The notes below the pieces were generated by a model. It was not told where the DNA came from. It made no database searches and saw only the letters and a list, made by a program, of their open reading frames with translations. Positions 29,022 through 40,945 of a stretch of 64,000 nt of DNA are shown here, in pieces. A program made the position numbers and the translations under genes. The stretch lies in assembly GCA_964571255.1 (NCBI GenBank), contig CAZNAA010000001.1, forward strand, positions 359,674-423,673. Reading direction: 5' to 3'. This stretch comes from an uncultured Gammaproteobacteria bacterium (lineage in GTDB: Bacteria; Patescibacteriota; Microgenomatia; Levybacterales; UBA12049). How positions within the stretch are numbered: position 1 is the first letter of the stretch; each line of letters starts with the position of its first letter.

Positions 29022-30170
29022 ATGGGAATTGATAACGAACAAGGACCACTAAAAAGAGGAGACACTCCTGTAGATGAAACTAGACCACTTACTTCTCTAA
29101 AAAGAGTACCACTTCCTATGAGAACTGATGCCTTTCCTATTACTGGGGCTGCATCTGTAGATTCTACTATGCGTAGACAACCAGAACAACAACAGCTTCA
29201 GCAAGATCAACCCCAAAGAAGACCTGAAACAATATCAACAGGAGAACTACGAAGAAGAGTTTCCGATACCGGTGATTTGCCTTCAGTGACTACCGATCAG
29301 GAAGCATCTGCAGCAAGAATACTTATTTTAGCTGGTGAAGAGGGACAACAAGGATTATTAGAAAATCCTCATTTTATAGAAGCTGCTGATAGATTTTTCA
29401 ATGTCATGCGTCCTCATATGTCAGGTTCTGAGGAAGACAGAGATGTTGCAGCCGCTCATGCAGCAATTATTGCTGCAAGAAATGATCTATATCTTCGAGG
29501 AGAGATTAATAGACAGACACAAAACGCACGATTGGCGTTAGAGAAAATGTCACTTGCTAGAACACAAGCAGAAACTGATCCATTAACGGGCGAATATAAT
29601 ATGAGGGGATTCAATCGTAGACTAGAAGAAACTCTTTTGTTTGGAAATGAGCCTGGTGTTGTTGCTGAATTTGATCTTAACTTAATGAAAAAAGTTAACG
29701 ATGAGTTTGGAGAAGATGCTGGAGATGATCTTATTAGACTTGCTGTAGCAGCAATAAGAGCAGCACTTCGAGCAACAGACGTAGTTGCAAGACCTAAAGG
29801 AGACGAAATATATGCTATCTTGCGAGGAGTAACTCTTGAACAAGCCAGAGAAATAATAGAAGGTAAACTAGATGCTCAACTTCAAGCAAGCATAATTCCT
29901 CAACTGCCAGGTCAGTCTATTAGTTTAGGGGGAGGATTTATGGAATTCCACCCAGATAACTTTAGAGGTTTATCACCAGAAGCCTATGAAGAAAAAGTAA
30001 AAGATATGTACCGTCAAGTTATGGCAGCAATGAAGGAAGCAAAAGATCTGTCAAAACAACCTGATTCTCCTACTCACCGTGCCTATATCGATACAAATAG
30101 TCCAAAAGCTCAAACAAGATATGAGGCATTAAAACAAGATAAAACGATTAAAGTAGATTTTGATAGATAG
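29022..30170 (+). CDS. GGDEF-domain protein with degenerate KGDEI motif
   Basis: TDPLTG..N.RGF, DLN..KKVND..G..AGD, RATD (RxxD I-site), RPKGDEI. Confidence 0.85.
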   Translation: MGIDNEQGPLKRGDTPVDETRPLTSLKRVPLPMRTDAFPITGAASVDSTMRRQPEQQQLQQDQPQRRPETISTGELRRRVSDTGDLPSVTTDQEASAARILILAGEEGQQGLLENPHFIEAADRFFNVMRPHMSGSEEDRDVAAAHAAIIAARNDLYLRGEINRQTQNARLALEKMSLARTQAETDPLTGEYNMRGFNRRLEETLLFGNEPGVVAEFDLNLMKKVNDEFGEDAGDDLIRLAVAAIRAALRATDVVARPKGDEIYAILRGVTLEQAREIIEGKLDAQLQASIIPQLPGQSISLGGGFMEFHPDNFRGLSPEAYEEKVKDMYRQVMAAMKEAKDLSKQPDSPTHRAYIDTNSPKAQTRYEALKQDKTIKVDFDR

Positions 30171-30176
30171 TACTGC

Positions 30177-33100
30177 ATGGGTAAATTTGTTCACCTCCAC
30201 AATCACTCGGAGTTTTCCTTACTTGACGGACTCAACAAAGTAGACAATATGGTTGAGTATGCCAAGGAACTTGGCATGGACGCTTTAGCCATCACAGACC
30301 ATGGAAACATGTACGGAGTGATTAAGTTCTACCAGAAATGTTTAAAAGAAGGTATTAAACCAATCATAGGATGTGAAATATATATAGCTAAAAGATCCCT
30401 TCATGATAAGGAAGCTGGAGTTGATAAAGACTATAACCACTTAATTCTTCTGGCTAAAGACAATACAGGATATAAAAATCTGATGAAGATTGTCTCAACT
30501 GCAAACTTAGAAGGTTTCTACTACAAACCCCGAACTGACATGGCACTTCTTGAGAAACACCACGAAGGACTCCTGTGTCTAAGTGCGTGTGTGAATGGGT
30601 ATGTTTCTGCTCCCATAATGGATGAGCAAGATGAAATTGCGGAACAAAGAGCCAAACAGCTTAATGATATTTTTGGACAAGGAAATTTCTTTCTAGAACT
30701 GCAGCGCCACATTGATGTTCCTCCGCAACAAAAAGTAAATGATAAGCTTATTTCCCTTTCCAAAAAATTAGGTATTCCTCTTGTTGCAACTAATGATAAT
30801 CACTACACAAAAAAAGGGGATGCAGAAGCACATGAAATTCTTTTATGTATCCAAACCCAATCAACCATGCTTGATAGTAATCGAAAACTCTCCATGGTTT
30901 CCTCCCCAGACTTTTATATCAAATCTCCTGAGGAGATGGAGAAAACTTTTGCAGATATCCCTGAAGCGATTGAAAATACGGTAAAAATAGCTGAAATGTG
31001 CAATGTAGAAATTACTCTTGGGAAATGGATCATGCCGATTTTTGACGTACCTGATTCCTATACGCCCAAAGAGTACTTAAGAAAATTAGTATTTGATAGG
31101 CTCCCTGATCGCTACGTGGGCTCTCCCTCGCACGTTTTAGAACGAGTTGAGTATGAGTTAGATATTATTATTACCAAAGGCTATGAAACCTACTTTTTAG
31201 TAGTTCAAGACTTTGTGAACTGGGCAAAAGATCAACATATCGCGGTAGGTCCAGGAAGAGGCTCAGCTGCAGGATCAGTTGTTTCCTATATCCTCAGAAT
31301 TACAGACGTTGATCCATTTTATTTTAAACTCCCGTTTGAAAGATTTTTAAACCCACTTCGCCCAAGTGCACCTGATATTGATTTAGATTTTGCCGATACC
31401 AGACGAGAAGAAGTCATCAAGTATGTTACCGAAAAATACGGATCAGACAAGGTCGCACAAATCATAACTTTTGGAACGATGGAAGCCAAAGGATCTGTAC
31501 GAGATGCAGGAAGAGCCTTGGGAATGCCCTATTCAGCTCCTGATCGAATCTCAAAAATGATCCCACCAGGTTGGCAAGGACATGCCATGTCTATTGAATC
31601 TGCTCTGAAACAGAGCCCTGATCTCAAACGAGCATATGAAAATGAACCAGATACCAAACGTCTCCTAGAGATTGCTCAAAAACTAGAAGGAGTTGCCAGG
31701 CATGCCTCAGTTCATGCTGCAGGAGTAGTGATTTCTGATAAACCATTAACAGAATATGTCCCACTGCAAAGAGAAACGAATGGTGACAAAGTCGTTACAC
31801 AATATGACATGTATACCGTTGGAGAAGACGGGGTAGGACTATTAAAAATGGATTTTTTGGGACTGAGAAATTTAACGATTATTGAAGAGACACTCAAATT
31901 TATTAAAGCCAACCAAGGAAAAGAAGTAGACTTTACCACAGTCCCTCTTGATGACCCAGCCTCATATGAACTTCTCTCACAAGGAGAAACTACCGGTATT
32001 TTTCAACTTGAGTCAGCAGGAATGAGACGCTACATTAAAGAGTTAAAACCCACCACCATTTTTGATCTCATGGCGATGGTTGCACTCTACAGGCCTGGAC
32101 CAATGGCTGCAATTCCAGAGTTTATTGCCAGAAAACATGGCAGACTCCCTATCACTTATCCAGATCCTCGTCTTGAGGAAATTCTTAGACCATCATACGG
32201 AATTCTTGCCTTTCAAGATGACGTACTTCTTACTGCTATTGAACTAGCAGGATATACCTGGTTGGATGCGGATAAGTTTAGAAAAGCCATGGGAAAGAAA
32301 ATTCCAGCTGAGATGAAAAAACAAGAAGAGATGTTTATTACGGGAGCTGTGAAAAAAGGAATGACTCAGAAAAAAGCTGAGGAGATTTTTAATCTCATTG
32401 CTCCCTTTGCCGGATACGGATTTAACAAAGCACATGCCTCTTGTTATGCCTCTATTGCATTTCGTACTGCCTATCTTAAGGCTCACTTCCCTGTTGAATT
32501 CATGGCAGCGCTTCTCACCGCTGAAACAAGAGGAACCACAGGACCTGCAAAAAATGAAAAAATTGCACAAGCCATTGCAGAATGTAGACGACTTGGTGTT
32601 GAAGTACTTCCTCCTGATATTAATAAGTCAGTGAGTGATTTTAGTATTGAAGATAATACCAAAATTCGGTTTGGACTTTCAGCCGTTAAAAACGTTGGAG
32701 AAGCGGCAATTGAGGCAATTATTAGTGCCAGAAAATCTCGTCCATTTACTTCTTTTCAGGATTTTTGTACCAGAGTGAATTTAGGTCCTGTGAATAAAAA
32801 AACGCTTGAGTCCCTTATTAAAGCTGGAGGCATGGATATGTTTGGCAAGAGAGCTCAACTGCTGGTAGATATGCCAGTTTGTGTGGAAAGTGCAAATAAA
32901 GCCAAAAAATCCAGTAGTGAAGGACAAAGTTTATTATTTGGAGGAACAGATCACGAAGAAGAGGCCAGTTTCACTCCATCAGATATTGATGACTTTACCA
33001 CAGAAGAAAAACTCATGTTTGAGAAAGAATTTTTAGGCTTCTATCTCACTTCTCATCCTCATCTCGATATTCTTGAAGCAATTCAACCTCATGTTACACA

Positions 33101-33401
33101 CGAAATTGAAGGATTAGAATCTGAAGAGGAAGGACAGGTAGTAAAGCTTGGAGGAATTATTGAAACAGCCAAAAAAATCTTTACGAAGAAAAACAATAGT
33201 GAAATGGCTTTCGTCACTCTCGCTAATGATAGAGGAGCAACAACAGAGATAGTCGTCTTTCCCAAAACCTATGATATTTATAAATCACTCCTTCTTCCCG
33301 ATACGGTTGTTATTATCGAAGGAAAAATTAATATAAAAGATGATAAACCAGTAATTCTGGCAGAAAGAGTTCTAAATCCAAAGTTATTTTTGAAAGATTA
33401 A
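30177..33401 (+). CDS. dnaE: DNA polymerase III alpha subunit
   Basis: HLHNHSEFSLLDG, GRGSAAGS, PDIDLDF, KMDFLGL, YGFNKAH. Confidence 0.98.
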   Translation: MGKFVHLHNHSEFSLLDGLNKVDNMVEYAKELGMDALAITDHGNMYGVIKFYQKCLKEGIKPIIGCEIYIAKRSLHDKEAGVDKDYNHLILLAKDNTGYKNLMKIVSTANLEGFYYKPRTDMALLEKHHEGLLCLSACVNGYVSAPIMDEQDEIAEQRAKQLNDIFGQGNFFLELQRHIDVPPQQKVNDKLISLSKKLGIPLVATNDNHYTKKGDAEAHEILLCIQTQSTMLDSNRKLSMVSSPDFYIKSPEEMEKTFADIPEAIENTVKIAEMCNVEITLGKWIMPIFDVPDSYTPKEYLRKLVFDRLPDRYVGSPSHVLERVEYELDIIITKGYETYFLVVQDFVNWAKDQHIAVGPGRGSAAGSVVSYILRITDVDPFYFKLPFERFLNPLRPSAPDIDLDFADTRREEVIKYVTEKYGSDKVAQIITFGTMEAKGSVRDAGRALGMPYSAPDRISKMIPPGWQGHAMSIESALKQSPDLKRAYENEPDTKRLLEIAQKLEGVARHASVHAAGVVISDKPLTEYVPLQRETNGDKVVTQYDMYTVGEDGVGLLKMDFLGLRNLTIIEETLKFIKANQGKEVDFTTVPLDDPASYELLSQGETTGIFQLESAGMRRYIKELKPTTIFDLMAMVALYRPGPMAAIPEFIARKHGRLPITYPDPRLEEILRPSYGILAFQDDVLLTAIELAGYTWLDADKFRKAMGKKIPAEMKKQEEMFITGAVKKGMTQKKAEEIFNLIAPFAGYGFNKAHASCYASIAFRTAYLKAHFPVEFMAALLTAETRGTTGPAKNEKIAQAIAECRRLGVEVLPPDINKSVSDFSIEDNTKIRFGLSAVKNVGEAAIEAIISARKSRPFTSFQDFCTRVNLGPVNKKTLESLIKAGGMDMFGKRAQLLVDMPVCVESANKAKKSSSEGQSLLFGGTDHEEEASFTPSDIDDFTTEEKLMFEKEFLGFYLTSHPHLDILEAIQPHVTHEIEGLESEEEGQVVKLGGIIETAKKIFTKKNNSEMAFVTLANDRGATTEIVVFPKTYDIYKSLLLPDTVVIIEGKINIKDDKPVILAERVLNPKLFLKD

Positions 33402-33402
33402 T

Positions 33403-34230
33403 ATGAGTGAACCAGGCAAAGGAACAGAAATAATTCTTGAAGATCCTCATTATCTTGAGTCAAATTTCCCGTCCCATAGAAAAACCTTAGCGCGTTCCAT
33501 TGTTCAAAATGCAAGACATATATTGGGGGCCAAGGTTCCACGAGAAGAAAGATATAGTGTTTCAGCAACTCCCTATCAAGAAATGGATGAAACATTTCAA
33601 TCTAATAGTGTTAAAGATGTTTTAGACTGGAGTGATAAACATCCTACAAATAGACCTGCAGTAGGAGAATTCGGAGGCTACGGAACAGCAACTGCTGGAA
33701 TTGTTGAAACAGTGAGAAAGCAAGGAGTCAATGCCTACGGACTTGCCTTAGCATATGAAAGAATCAATGAACTAACTACTCCCCTGACTACTCTTATCCA
33801 AGGAGATATGGGAGAAATTGCTGTAAAGGGCAACGACTCAACAACACTTGCCCTTATTAAAACGCAACTAGAACAAGCTCATTGCTCACTAGGATTTGCG
33901 CTACTTCAATGTCGTCCTGTTATTGGATATGCAGAAATGGAGAAACAACAAAGTATCTCAAATAGCGATATTCCTCAGTTTTACCACAATATGTTTAAAA
34001 TAATTACTACTCACCTCTTAGCACCTGATGGTATTTTTGATTTACAAATCCCCCTGCATATCCCAGACAAAAAAGGATTTAGGGAAAATCTTCAAAGCTC
34101 TTTAGGTTCAAACTATATTCTTCTCCCATTACAAAGAAGTCCGTATCAAAGACTCTGGGTTCAGGATTATCCCACTAACCCCCGCTTCTCTCTTACCACC
34201 ATGAGAATTATCAGATCTGATCTCACCTAG
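33403..34230 (+). CDS. Hypothetical protein, possibly a highly divergent Rossmann/SAM fold
   Basis: 275-aa ORF 1 nt after dnaE; VGEFGGYG glycine motif is the only hint. Confidence 0.55.
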   Translation: MSEPGKGTEIILEDPHYLESNFPSHRKTLARSIVQNARHILGAKVPREERYSVSATPYQEMDETFQSNSVKDVLDWSDKHPTNRPAVGEFGGYGTATAGIVETVRKQGVNAYGLALAYERINELTTPLTTLIQGDMGEIAVKGNDSTTLALIKTQLEQAHCSLGFALLQCRPVIGYAEMEKQQSISNSDIPQFYHNMFKIITTHLLAPDGIFDLQIPLHIPDKKGFRENLQSSLGSNYILLPLQRSPYQRLWVQDYPTNPRFSLTTMRIIRSDLT

Positions 34231-34250
34231 CTTTACTTCAAAATCACCCT

Positions 34251-34285
34251 TCTGTTTCTCCTTTACCCTGGCGGGCAACCACACT
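34251..34285 (+). repeat. Imperfect direct repeat, copy 1 (partner 41569-41604)
   Basis: First 12 nt (TCTGTTTCTCCT) and last 13 nt (GGGCAACCACACT) are identical to copy 2. Confidence 0.85.
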
Positions 34286-34332
34286 CTCCTTTTTCACCTT
34301 GACCCTAAGCTCACTTTCACGATACAATACGC

Positions 34333-35244
34333 ATGTACTCTATGGCAGCTTTTGCACCTGAGGTGCTTTTTCATATTGGGTTATTCCCTATAACTAATAC
34401 CGTTTTAAATACTATTCTTGTAGATAGTGTTCTTCTTGGATGTGCTGCATACATTGGCAAAAATATTAAAAGAATTCCTGGAAAATTTCAAAACTTAATA
34501 GAAATGGTGATTGATGGATTCTATAATCTGACAGAAAGTGTCTCTGGAAAGAATGCTGCACAGATTTTCCCGTGGTTTATGTCCTTCTTCTTTTTTATTC
34601 TCATTGCTAACTGGAGTGGACTACTTCCTGGGGCAGGAAGTATTGGGTTTTACGAACCAGTAACCCACACAACTGAGGTAAAAACAAAGGAAACAGTCAA
34701 AGCACTTCCTTCAGAAGAATCACACACGGTGACGGATGAACATGCACCAGTTACTATTGATACGCATACAGAAAAAACTACCCAGGCATCAGAAACCACT
34801 AATTCAACTGATTCACATGAGAAACCACATTTGGTTTCACTTATGAGAAACGCCACGAGTGAATTGAATGTCACTTTAGCTCTTGCTCTTATTTCCCTGG
34901 TTGCAACTCATGCACTTAGTATCAAGACGATTGGCATTAAAGACTATTTACTTCGTTTTTTCTCTTTTAATCCTATTCTTCTTTTTGTAGGACTTTTGGA
35001 GTTAGTCTCAGAATTCACAAAAATAGTCTCGCTTTCTTTCAGACTTTTTGGTAATATATACGCAGGAGAGGTAGTGCTACATACTATTTCGAAATTATTT
35101 GCTTTTGTCTTCCCTCTCCCATTCATATTTTTAGAAATCATTGTTGGACTCGTCCAAGCATTAGTGTTTGGAATGTTAACAATGGTATTTATGAGTGTTA
35201 TGATGACTTCTCACAACTCTGAGGAGCATACAGAACACAAGTAA
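34333..35244 (+). CDS. atpB: ATP synthase subunit a
   Basis: ANWSGLLP, SLSFRLFGNIYAGE, VQALVF. Confidence 0.95.
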   Translation: MYSMAAFAPEVLFHIGLFPITNTVLNTILVDSVLLGCAAYIGKNIKRIPGKFQNLIEMVIDGFYNLTESVSGKNAAQIFPWFMSFFFFILIANWSGLLPGAGSIGFYEPVTHTTEVKTKETVKALPSEESHTVTDEHAPVTIDTHTEKTTQASETTNSTDSHEKPHLVSLMRNATSELNVTLALALISLVATHALSIKTIGIKDYLLRFFSFNPILLFVGLLELVSEFTKIVSLSFRLFGNIYAGEVVLHTISKLFAFVFPLPFIFLEIIVGLVQALVFGMLTMVFMSVMMTSHNSEEHTEHK

Positions 35245-35316
35245 GTGAATATATCTAAGTTCAAAGGAATTTAGACATGTACACTTTTTCGGTGTCTCAA
35301 GGAGGTGAAAAAATAA

Positions 35317-35520
<204 letters not shown>

Positions 35521-35619
35521 AGTAAGAAGTAGAGGTCAAAAGTCAAAATGACTCGTTGAAAGGCAAACGTTACCTTTTAATGAATTTTGCTTTTGCCTTT
35601 TACTTTTTAGTAAATACAT

Positions 35620-36126
35620 ATGGAACTCGTACAACAGTTTGGTATTGACCCACTACTATTATCTGCTCAAATCATAAACTTTCTTATCATCGCGTATCTT
35701 TTGAAGCGGTTTATGTATAAGCCAGTTTTAGATATGCTCAAGTCTCGTGAGCAAAGTATTAAAAAAGGCTTAAAAGACTCAGAAGAAGCTGCAAAACTTC
35801 TCTCACTTACTGAAGAAAAAGAAAAAGATGTGTTGAAAAAAGCACAGGATGAGGCAAAAAAGATTATCGAAGTAGCTAAGAAAGAACAAAAAGAACTCGT
35901 TCGTCTTACTGAGGAGCAAACCAGAAAACAAGCTGAAGCGATGCTAAGTGAAGCTAGATCCCAAATTAACTTTGAAATGCAAGAAACAGAGAAAAAACTC
36001 ACTGCACATGTAACCCATCTCTCAGTAGAGTTATTACAAAAATCTATAAGTGGGATCTTTTCAGAAAAAGACCAAGATGCTATTATGAGCACTGCTCTAA
36101 AAGAGTTGAAAAAGGAGAAACACTAA
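35620..36126 (+). CDS. atpF: ATP synthase subunit b
   Basis: AQIINFLI..LLKRFMYKP followed by a coiled coil. Confidence 0.94.
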   Translation: MELVQQFGIDPLLLSAQIINFLIIAYLLKRFMYKPVLDMLKSREQSIKKGLKDSEEAAKLLSLTEEKEKDVLKKAQDEAKKIIEVAKKEQKELVRLTEEQTRKQAEAMLSEARSQINFEMQETEKKLTAHVTHLSVELLQKSISGIFSEKDQDAIMSTALKELKKEKH

Positions 36127-36476
36127 TGAATAAGAGTTTTTTAAAAAAAGTAGTACAAGCAAGTTTTGTAAACGGAGTATTGGATGAGGCCAATGTTTCT
36201 CGAATTACTAAAAGTCTTTCGTATTCAGAGCTAAAAAACTATACTACTCTTTTGAAACGAGAACTAGCAAAGCTTTCAGTCGTTGTTGTTTCTGCTACTT
36301 CACTTACGAGTGAACAACAAGTCGAAACGAAGACTCTTTATCCAGGAAAATCAGTTTCTTTTAAAACAGACTCAACACTTCTTGGAGGCGTACGAGTAAT
36401 TGAAAATGATATGATATATGAGAACAATATAGCAACAACCCTGCACCGTCTTGAGTCACACGTAATACAAGTATGA
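36126..36476 (+). CDS. atpH: ATP synthase subunit delta (short form)
   Basis: Operon position; VVSATSL, DSTLLGGVRV C-terminal domain. Confidence 0.8.
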   Translation: MNKSFLKKVVQASFVNGVLDEANVSRITKSLSYSELKNYTTLLKRELAKLSVVVVSATSLTSEQQVETKTLYPGKSVSFKTDSTLLGGVRVIENDMIYENNIATTLHRLESHVIQV

Positions 36477-37996
36477 TTGATAGCAACAAAATTATCACCC
36501 AATTAGAAAATAAACTAGAGTCTTTTAGTCAGGATCCTAGTGTTCAAAATGTAGGCTACGTTGTTCGAAATAACGATGGAGTAGTTGCCGTTTCAGGTCT
36601 TTCTCAAGCAGTCATGGGAGAGCGAGTAAGTTTTGAGTCAGGAAGTAGTGGATTAGTATTTAACTTAGACGAAGATTTTGCTTCTATTATTCTTCTAGAT
36701 CCTGGAGTACAAATCTCAGAAGGTGAAAAAGTTACTCGAACCAAAGAACTATTAACCATTACCGCCAGTGAAGAGTTACTTGGACGAGTAGTTAACCCAA
36801 TGGGAGTAGTTCTTGACGGCAAAAAAGCAGTTACTAAAGGCAAACAAATGCCTCTTGAGCGAATTGCTGCAGGAGTTGTTGAGCGACAAAAGGTTGATAC
36901 GCCAATGAAAACAGGAATTAAAGCAATTGATGCAATGTTTCCTATTGGACGAGGACAAAGAGAGCTTATTATTGGAGATCGAGGGCTAGGAAAATCAGCT
37001 ATTGCGATTGATGCCATTATTAACCAAAAACCCGGCCGTTCTACTCTTAAACCAATGGTTTGTATTTATGTTGCTATTGGACAAAAACAAAGTACTGTTG
37101 CCCAAATTGCAGGACGACTGACAGAAGAAGGAGCTATGGATTACACCATTATCGTAGCAGCTAACGCTCCTGATCCTGCCGCACTGCAATACCTAGCACC
37201 ATATGCCGGAGTTGCTATTGCTGAATACTTCATGGAAAAAGGACAAGATGTACTGATTGTTTATGACGATTTGACCAAACATGCCTGGGCATATCGCCAA
37301 ATGTCACTTATTCTTAAACGCCCAGCAGGACGAGAAGCATATCCTGGAGACGTATTTTACCTTCATAGTAGACTTTTGGAACGAGCTGTTAGACTTAGTG
37401 AAGAACACGGCGGAGGATCTATCACTGCTCTTCCCATTATTGAGACACAAGCGGGAGATATCTCAGCTTATATTCCAACCAATGTGATTTCTATTACTGA
37501 TGGACAAATCTTTTTACAAGGAGATTTATTTAACAGTGGATTTAGACCAGCAATTAACGTGGGAAGCTCAGTTTCTCGAGTTGGAGGAGATGCACAAACA
37601 GGTGCTATGAAATCAGTTTCTGGGAAGTTAAAACTGACACTAGCTCAATACAGAGAATTAGCAGCCTTTGCTCAATTTGGAAGTGACTTGGATCCAGCAA
37701 CGATTGCACAACTTGATCAAGGGAAAAGAATGACTGAAGTCCTGAAACAACACCAATACTCCCCTCTTCCTGAGACTCTTCAAATTATTAGTATCTGGGC
37801 TGTTGGAAATGGCTATATGAATGATGTTCCCGTTGAGCAGATTGGGCAATTTGAGAAAGAACTCCATTCCTATGTTGAATCAAATAACAAAAAGCTTATT
37901 GAACGACTGGGAAATGGGAAAAAACTTGACGAGGAAGCAACTGATGATCTCAAAAAAATCGTTGAGAAATTTAAGAAAGGATTTTCAGGAAAGTAA
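36473..37996 (+). CDS. atpA: ATP synthase subunit alpha
   Basis: GQRELIIGDR, PAGREAYPGDVFYLHSRLLERA. Confidence 0.98.
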   Translation: MIDSNKIITQLENKLESFSQDPSVQNVGYVVRNNDGVVAVSGLSQAVMGERVSFESGSSGLVFNLDEDFASIILLDPGVQISEGEKVTRTKELLTITASEELLGRVVNPMGVVLDGKKAVTKGKQMPLERIAAGVVERQKVDTPMKTGIKAIDAMFPIGRGQRELIIGDRGLGKSAIAIDAIINQKPGRSTLKPMVCIYVAIGQKQSTVAQIAGRLTEEGAMDYTIIVAANAPDPAALQYLAPYAGVAIAEYFMEKGQDVLIVYDDLTKHAWAYRQMSLILKRPAGREAYPGDVFYLHSRLLERAVRLSEEHGGGSITALPIIETQAGDISAYIPTNVISITDGQIFLQGDLFNSGFRPAINVGSSVSRVGGDAQTGAMKSVSGKLKLTLAQYRELAAFAQFGSDLDPATIAQLDQGKRMTEVLKQHQYSPLPETLQIISIWAVGNGYMNDVPVEQIGQFEKELHSYVESNNKKLIERLGNGKKLDEEATDDLKKIVEKFKKGFSGK

Positions 37997-38859
37997 TGGC
38001 TACTCTACTCTCTTTAAAACGAAGAATCCAAGCCGCCCAAAACGTGTCTAAAACAACAAAAGCTATGCAAATGATTGCTGCATCAAAAATGAAACGCGCT
38101 CAAGACAGTGCCCTTTCAACTCGTCCTTATGTTGAAAAACTCACTGATCTTACGCTTAACGCACTCAGTACTGTTCCTGAAGGCTTTACTCATCCCTATC
38201 TTAAAGAAAATACTTCAGGAAAAGAACTCGTTATTCTTCTCTCTCCAGATAAAGGACTTTGTGGAGGACTTGTCACAAATCTTTTGAAGGAATTTCTTTC
38301 CTATCAAAAACAAAATCCCGATACCTCCTATATTTTGGTTGGTAAAAAAGCAGAAATCCAAGTAACAAAGCTTGGGAAACAAGTCGTAGCTAATTTTAAC
38401 TTTGGAACCTCTCAACCCACCTTTGATATGGTCTATCCTTTACTCAAACTTATTGATGACTACTATCTCTCAGGTAAAGTAGATACCGTTCGAGTCTTGT
38501 ATACGAAGTTTAATAACGTCTTTACCCAAAAACCGCACATCACCCAAATTCTTCCCCTTTCTTTTGCCCCGGAGGTAACTACAGATAAAGAAAATCCAAG
38601 AGACTATGTCTATGAACCAAGTGTTACTGAGATTCTTCCTCACCTTTTAAAGCAATATATGGAAATGAGTTTATATCAATTTCTTCTTGAAAGTTTCGTT
38701 TCAGAGCAAGGTGCACGAATGCTTGCAATGCAAAACGCAACCACGAACGCAAATGATATAATAAGTGAACTAAAACTAGAATATAACAAAACTAGACAAG
38801 CAAAGATCACCAGTGAGATTCTAGATATTACCGGTGCTAGCTTAGCACTAGAAACATAA
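37996..38859 (+). CDS. atpG: ATP synthase subunit gamma
   Basis: TKAMQMIAASK, DKGLCGG, RQAKITSEI. Confidence 0.97.
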   Translation: MATLLSLKRRIQAAQNVSKTTKAMQMIAASKMKRAQDSALSTRPYVEKLTDLTLNALSTVPEGFTHPYLKENTSGKELVILLSPDKGLCGGLVTNLLKEFLSYQKQNPDTSYILVGKKAEIQVTKLGKQVVANFNFGTSQPTFDMVYPLLKLIDDYYLSGKVDTVRVLYTKFNNVFTQKPHITQILPLSFAPEVTTDKENPRDYVYEPSVTEILPHLLKQYMEMSLYQFLLESFVSEQGARMLAMQNATTNANDIISELKLEYNKTRQAKITSEILDITGASLALET

Positions 38860-40260
<1,401 letters not shown>

Positions 40261-40265
40261 TTCAT

Positions 40266-40679
40266 ATGCACCTTCAGGTCATTACCCCAGATAAAACTCT
40301 TTTTGATTCTGAGATTGAGGAACTCATCGTTGATACTCCTAAAGGACAACTTACCATTCTTCCTCATCATATTAATCTTATTACTTCAGTTATTCCCAGT
40401 GAACTTATTGTCAAACAAAAAGGGAAGGAACACTCCATTGCTGTTGCTGGAGGCTTTTTAGAGATTTTTAATAACACCGCAAAACTCCTCGCAGATTATG
40501 CTATTGAAACCGAGGAAATTAATATGGCTAAAGTACTTGAAGCACAAAAAAGAGCAGAAGAAGCCATGCATAAGGCTAAAGAGCAAGGCAGCGATCGTGA
40601 TTTTGCTAGAGCTGAATCAGATCTTCGTCGGTCTCTTTTTCATCTAGATATTGCCAATCGAAAAAGACGAAAACTCTAA
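40266..40679 (+). CDS. atpC: ATP synthase subunit epsilon
   Basis: VITPD, ILPHH, VAGGFLE. Confidence 0.94.
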   Translation: MHLQVITPDKTLFDSEIEELIVDTPKGQLTILPHHINLITSVIPSELIVKQKGKEHSIAVAGGFLEIFNNTAKLLADYAIETEEINMAKVLEAQKRAEEAMHKAKEQGSDRDFARAESDLRRSLFHLDIANRKRRKL

Positions 40680-40683
40680 CTTA

Positions 40684-40712
40684 TTTACTTCATCTACACC
40701 TTATAGTATACT
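40684..40712 (+). promoter_or_regulatory. sigma70-type promoter of cassette B
   Basis: TTTACT-N17-TATACT. Confidence 0.65.
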
Positions 40713-40770
40713 TACCCTATCCTATTTTCTTTAGGAGTTTAGCTTTCTACAGAAGAAAAGATATTTATTT

Positions 40771-40788
40771 TTGCACTTTTACAGTTGT
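40771..40788 (+). promoter_or_regulatory. Conserved 18-nt leader motif, copy B
   Basis: TTGCACTTTTACAGTTGT. Confidence 0.72.
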
Positions 40789-40945
40789 CTAATAGTATTT
40801 TGCATTTGTCCTCCAAGCACGATGAAGAATTGAGGAAGTAAGCTTTTATTTCTTTTATTCTTCATCAGCTTGTGCTCCTAGAGCCAGGGATGTACCCGGG
40901 TTTCAAAGAGCTGAAAGAGGGCAACAAGCAAAAAGGGAGGAGCAA

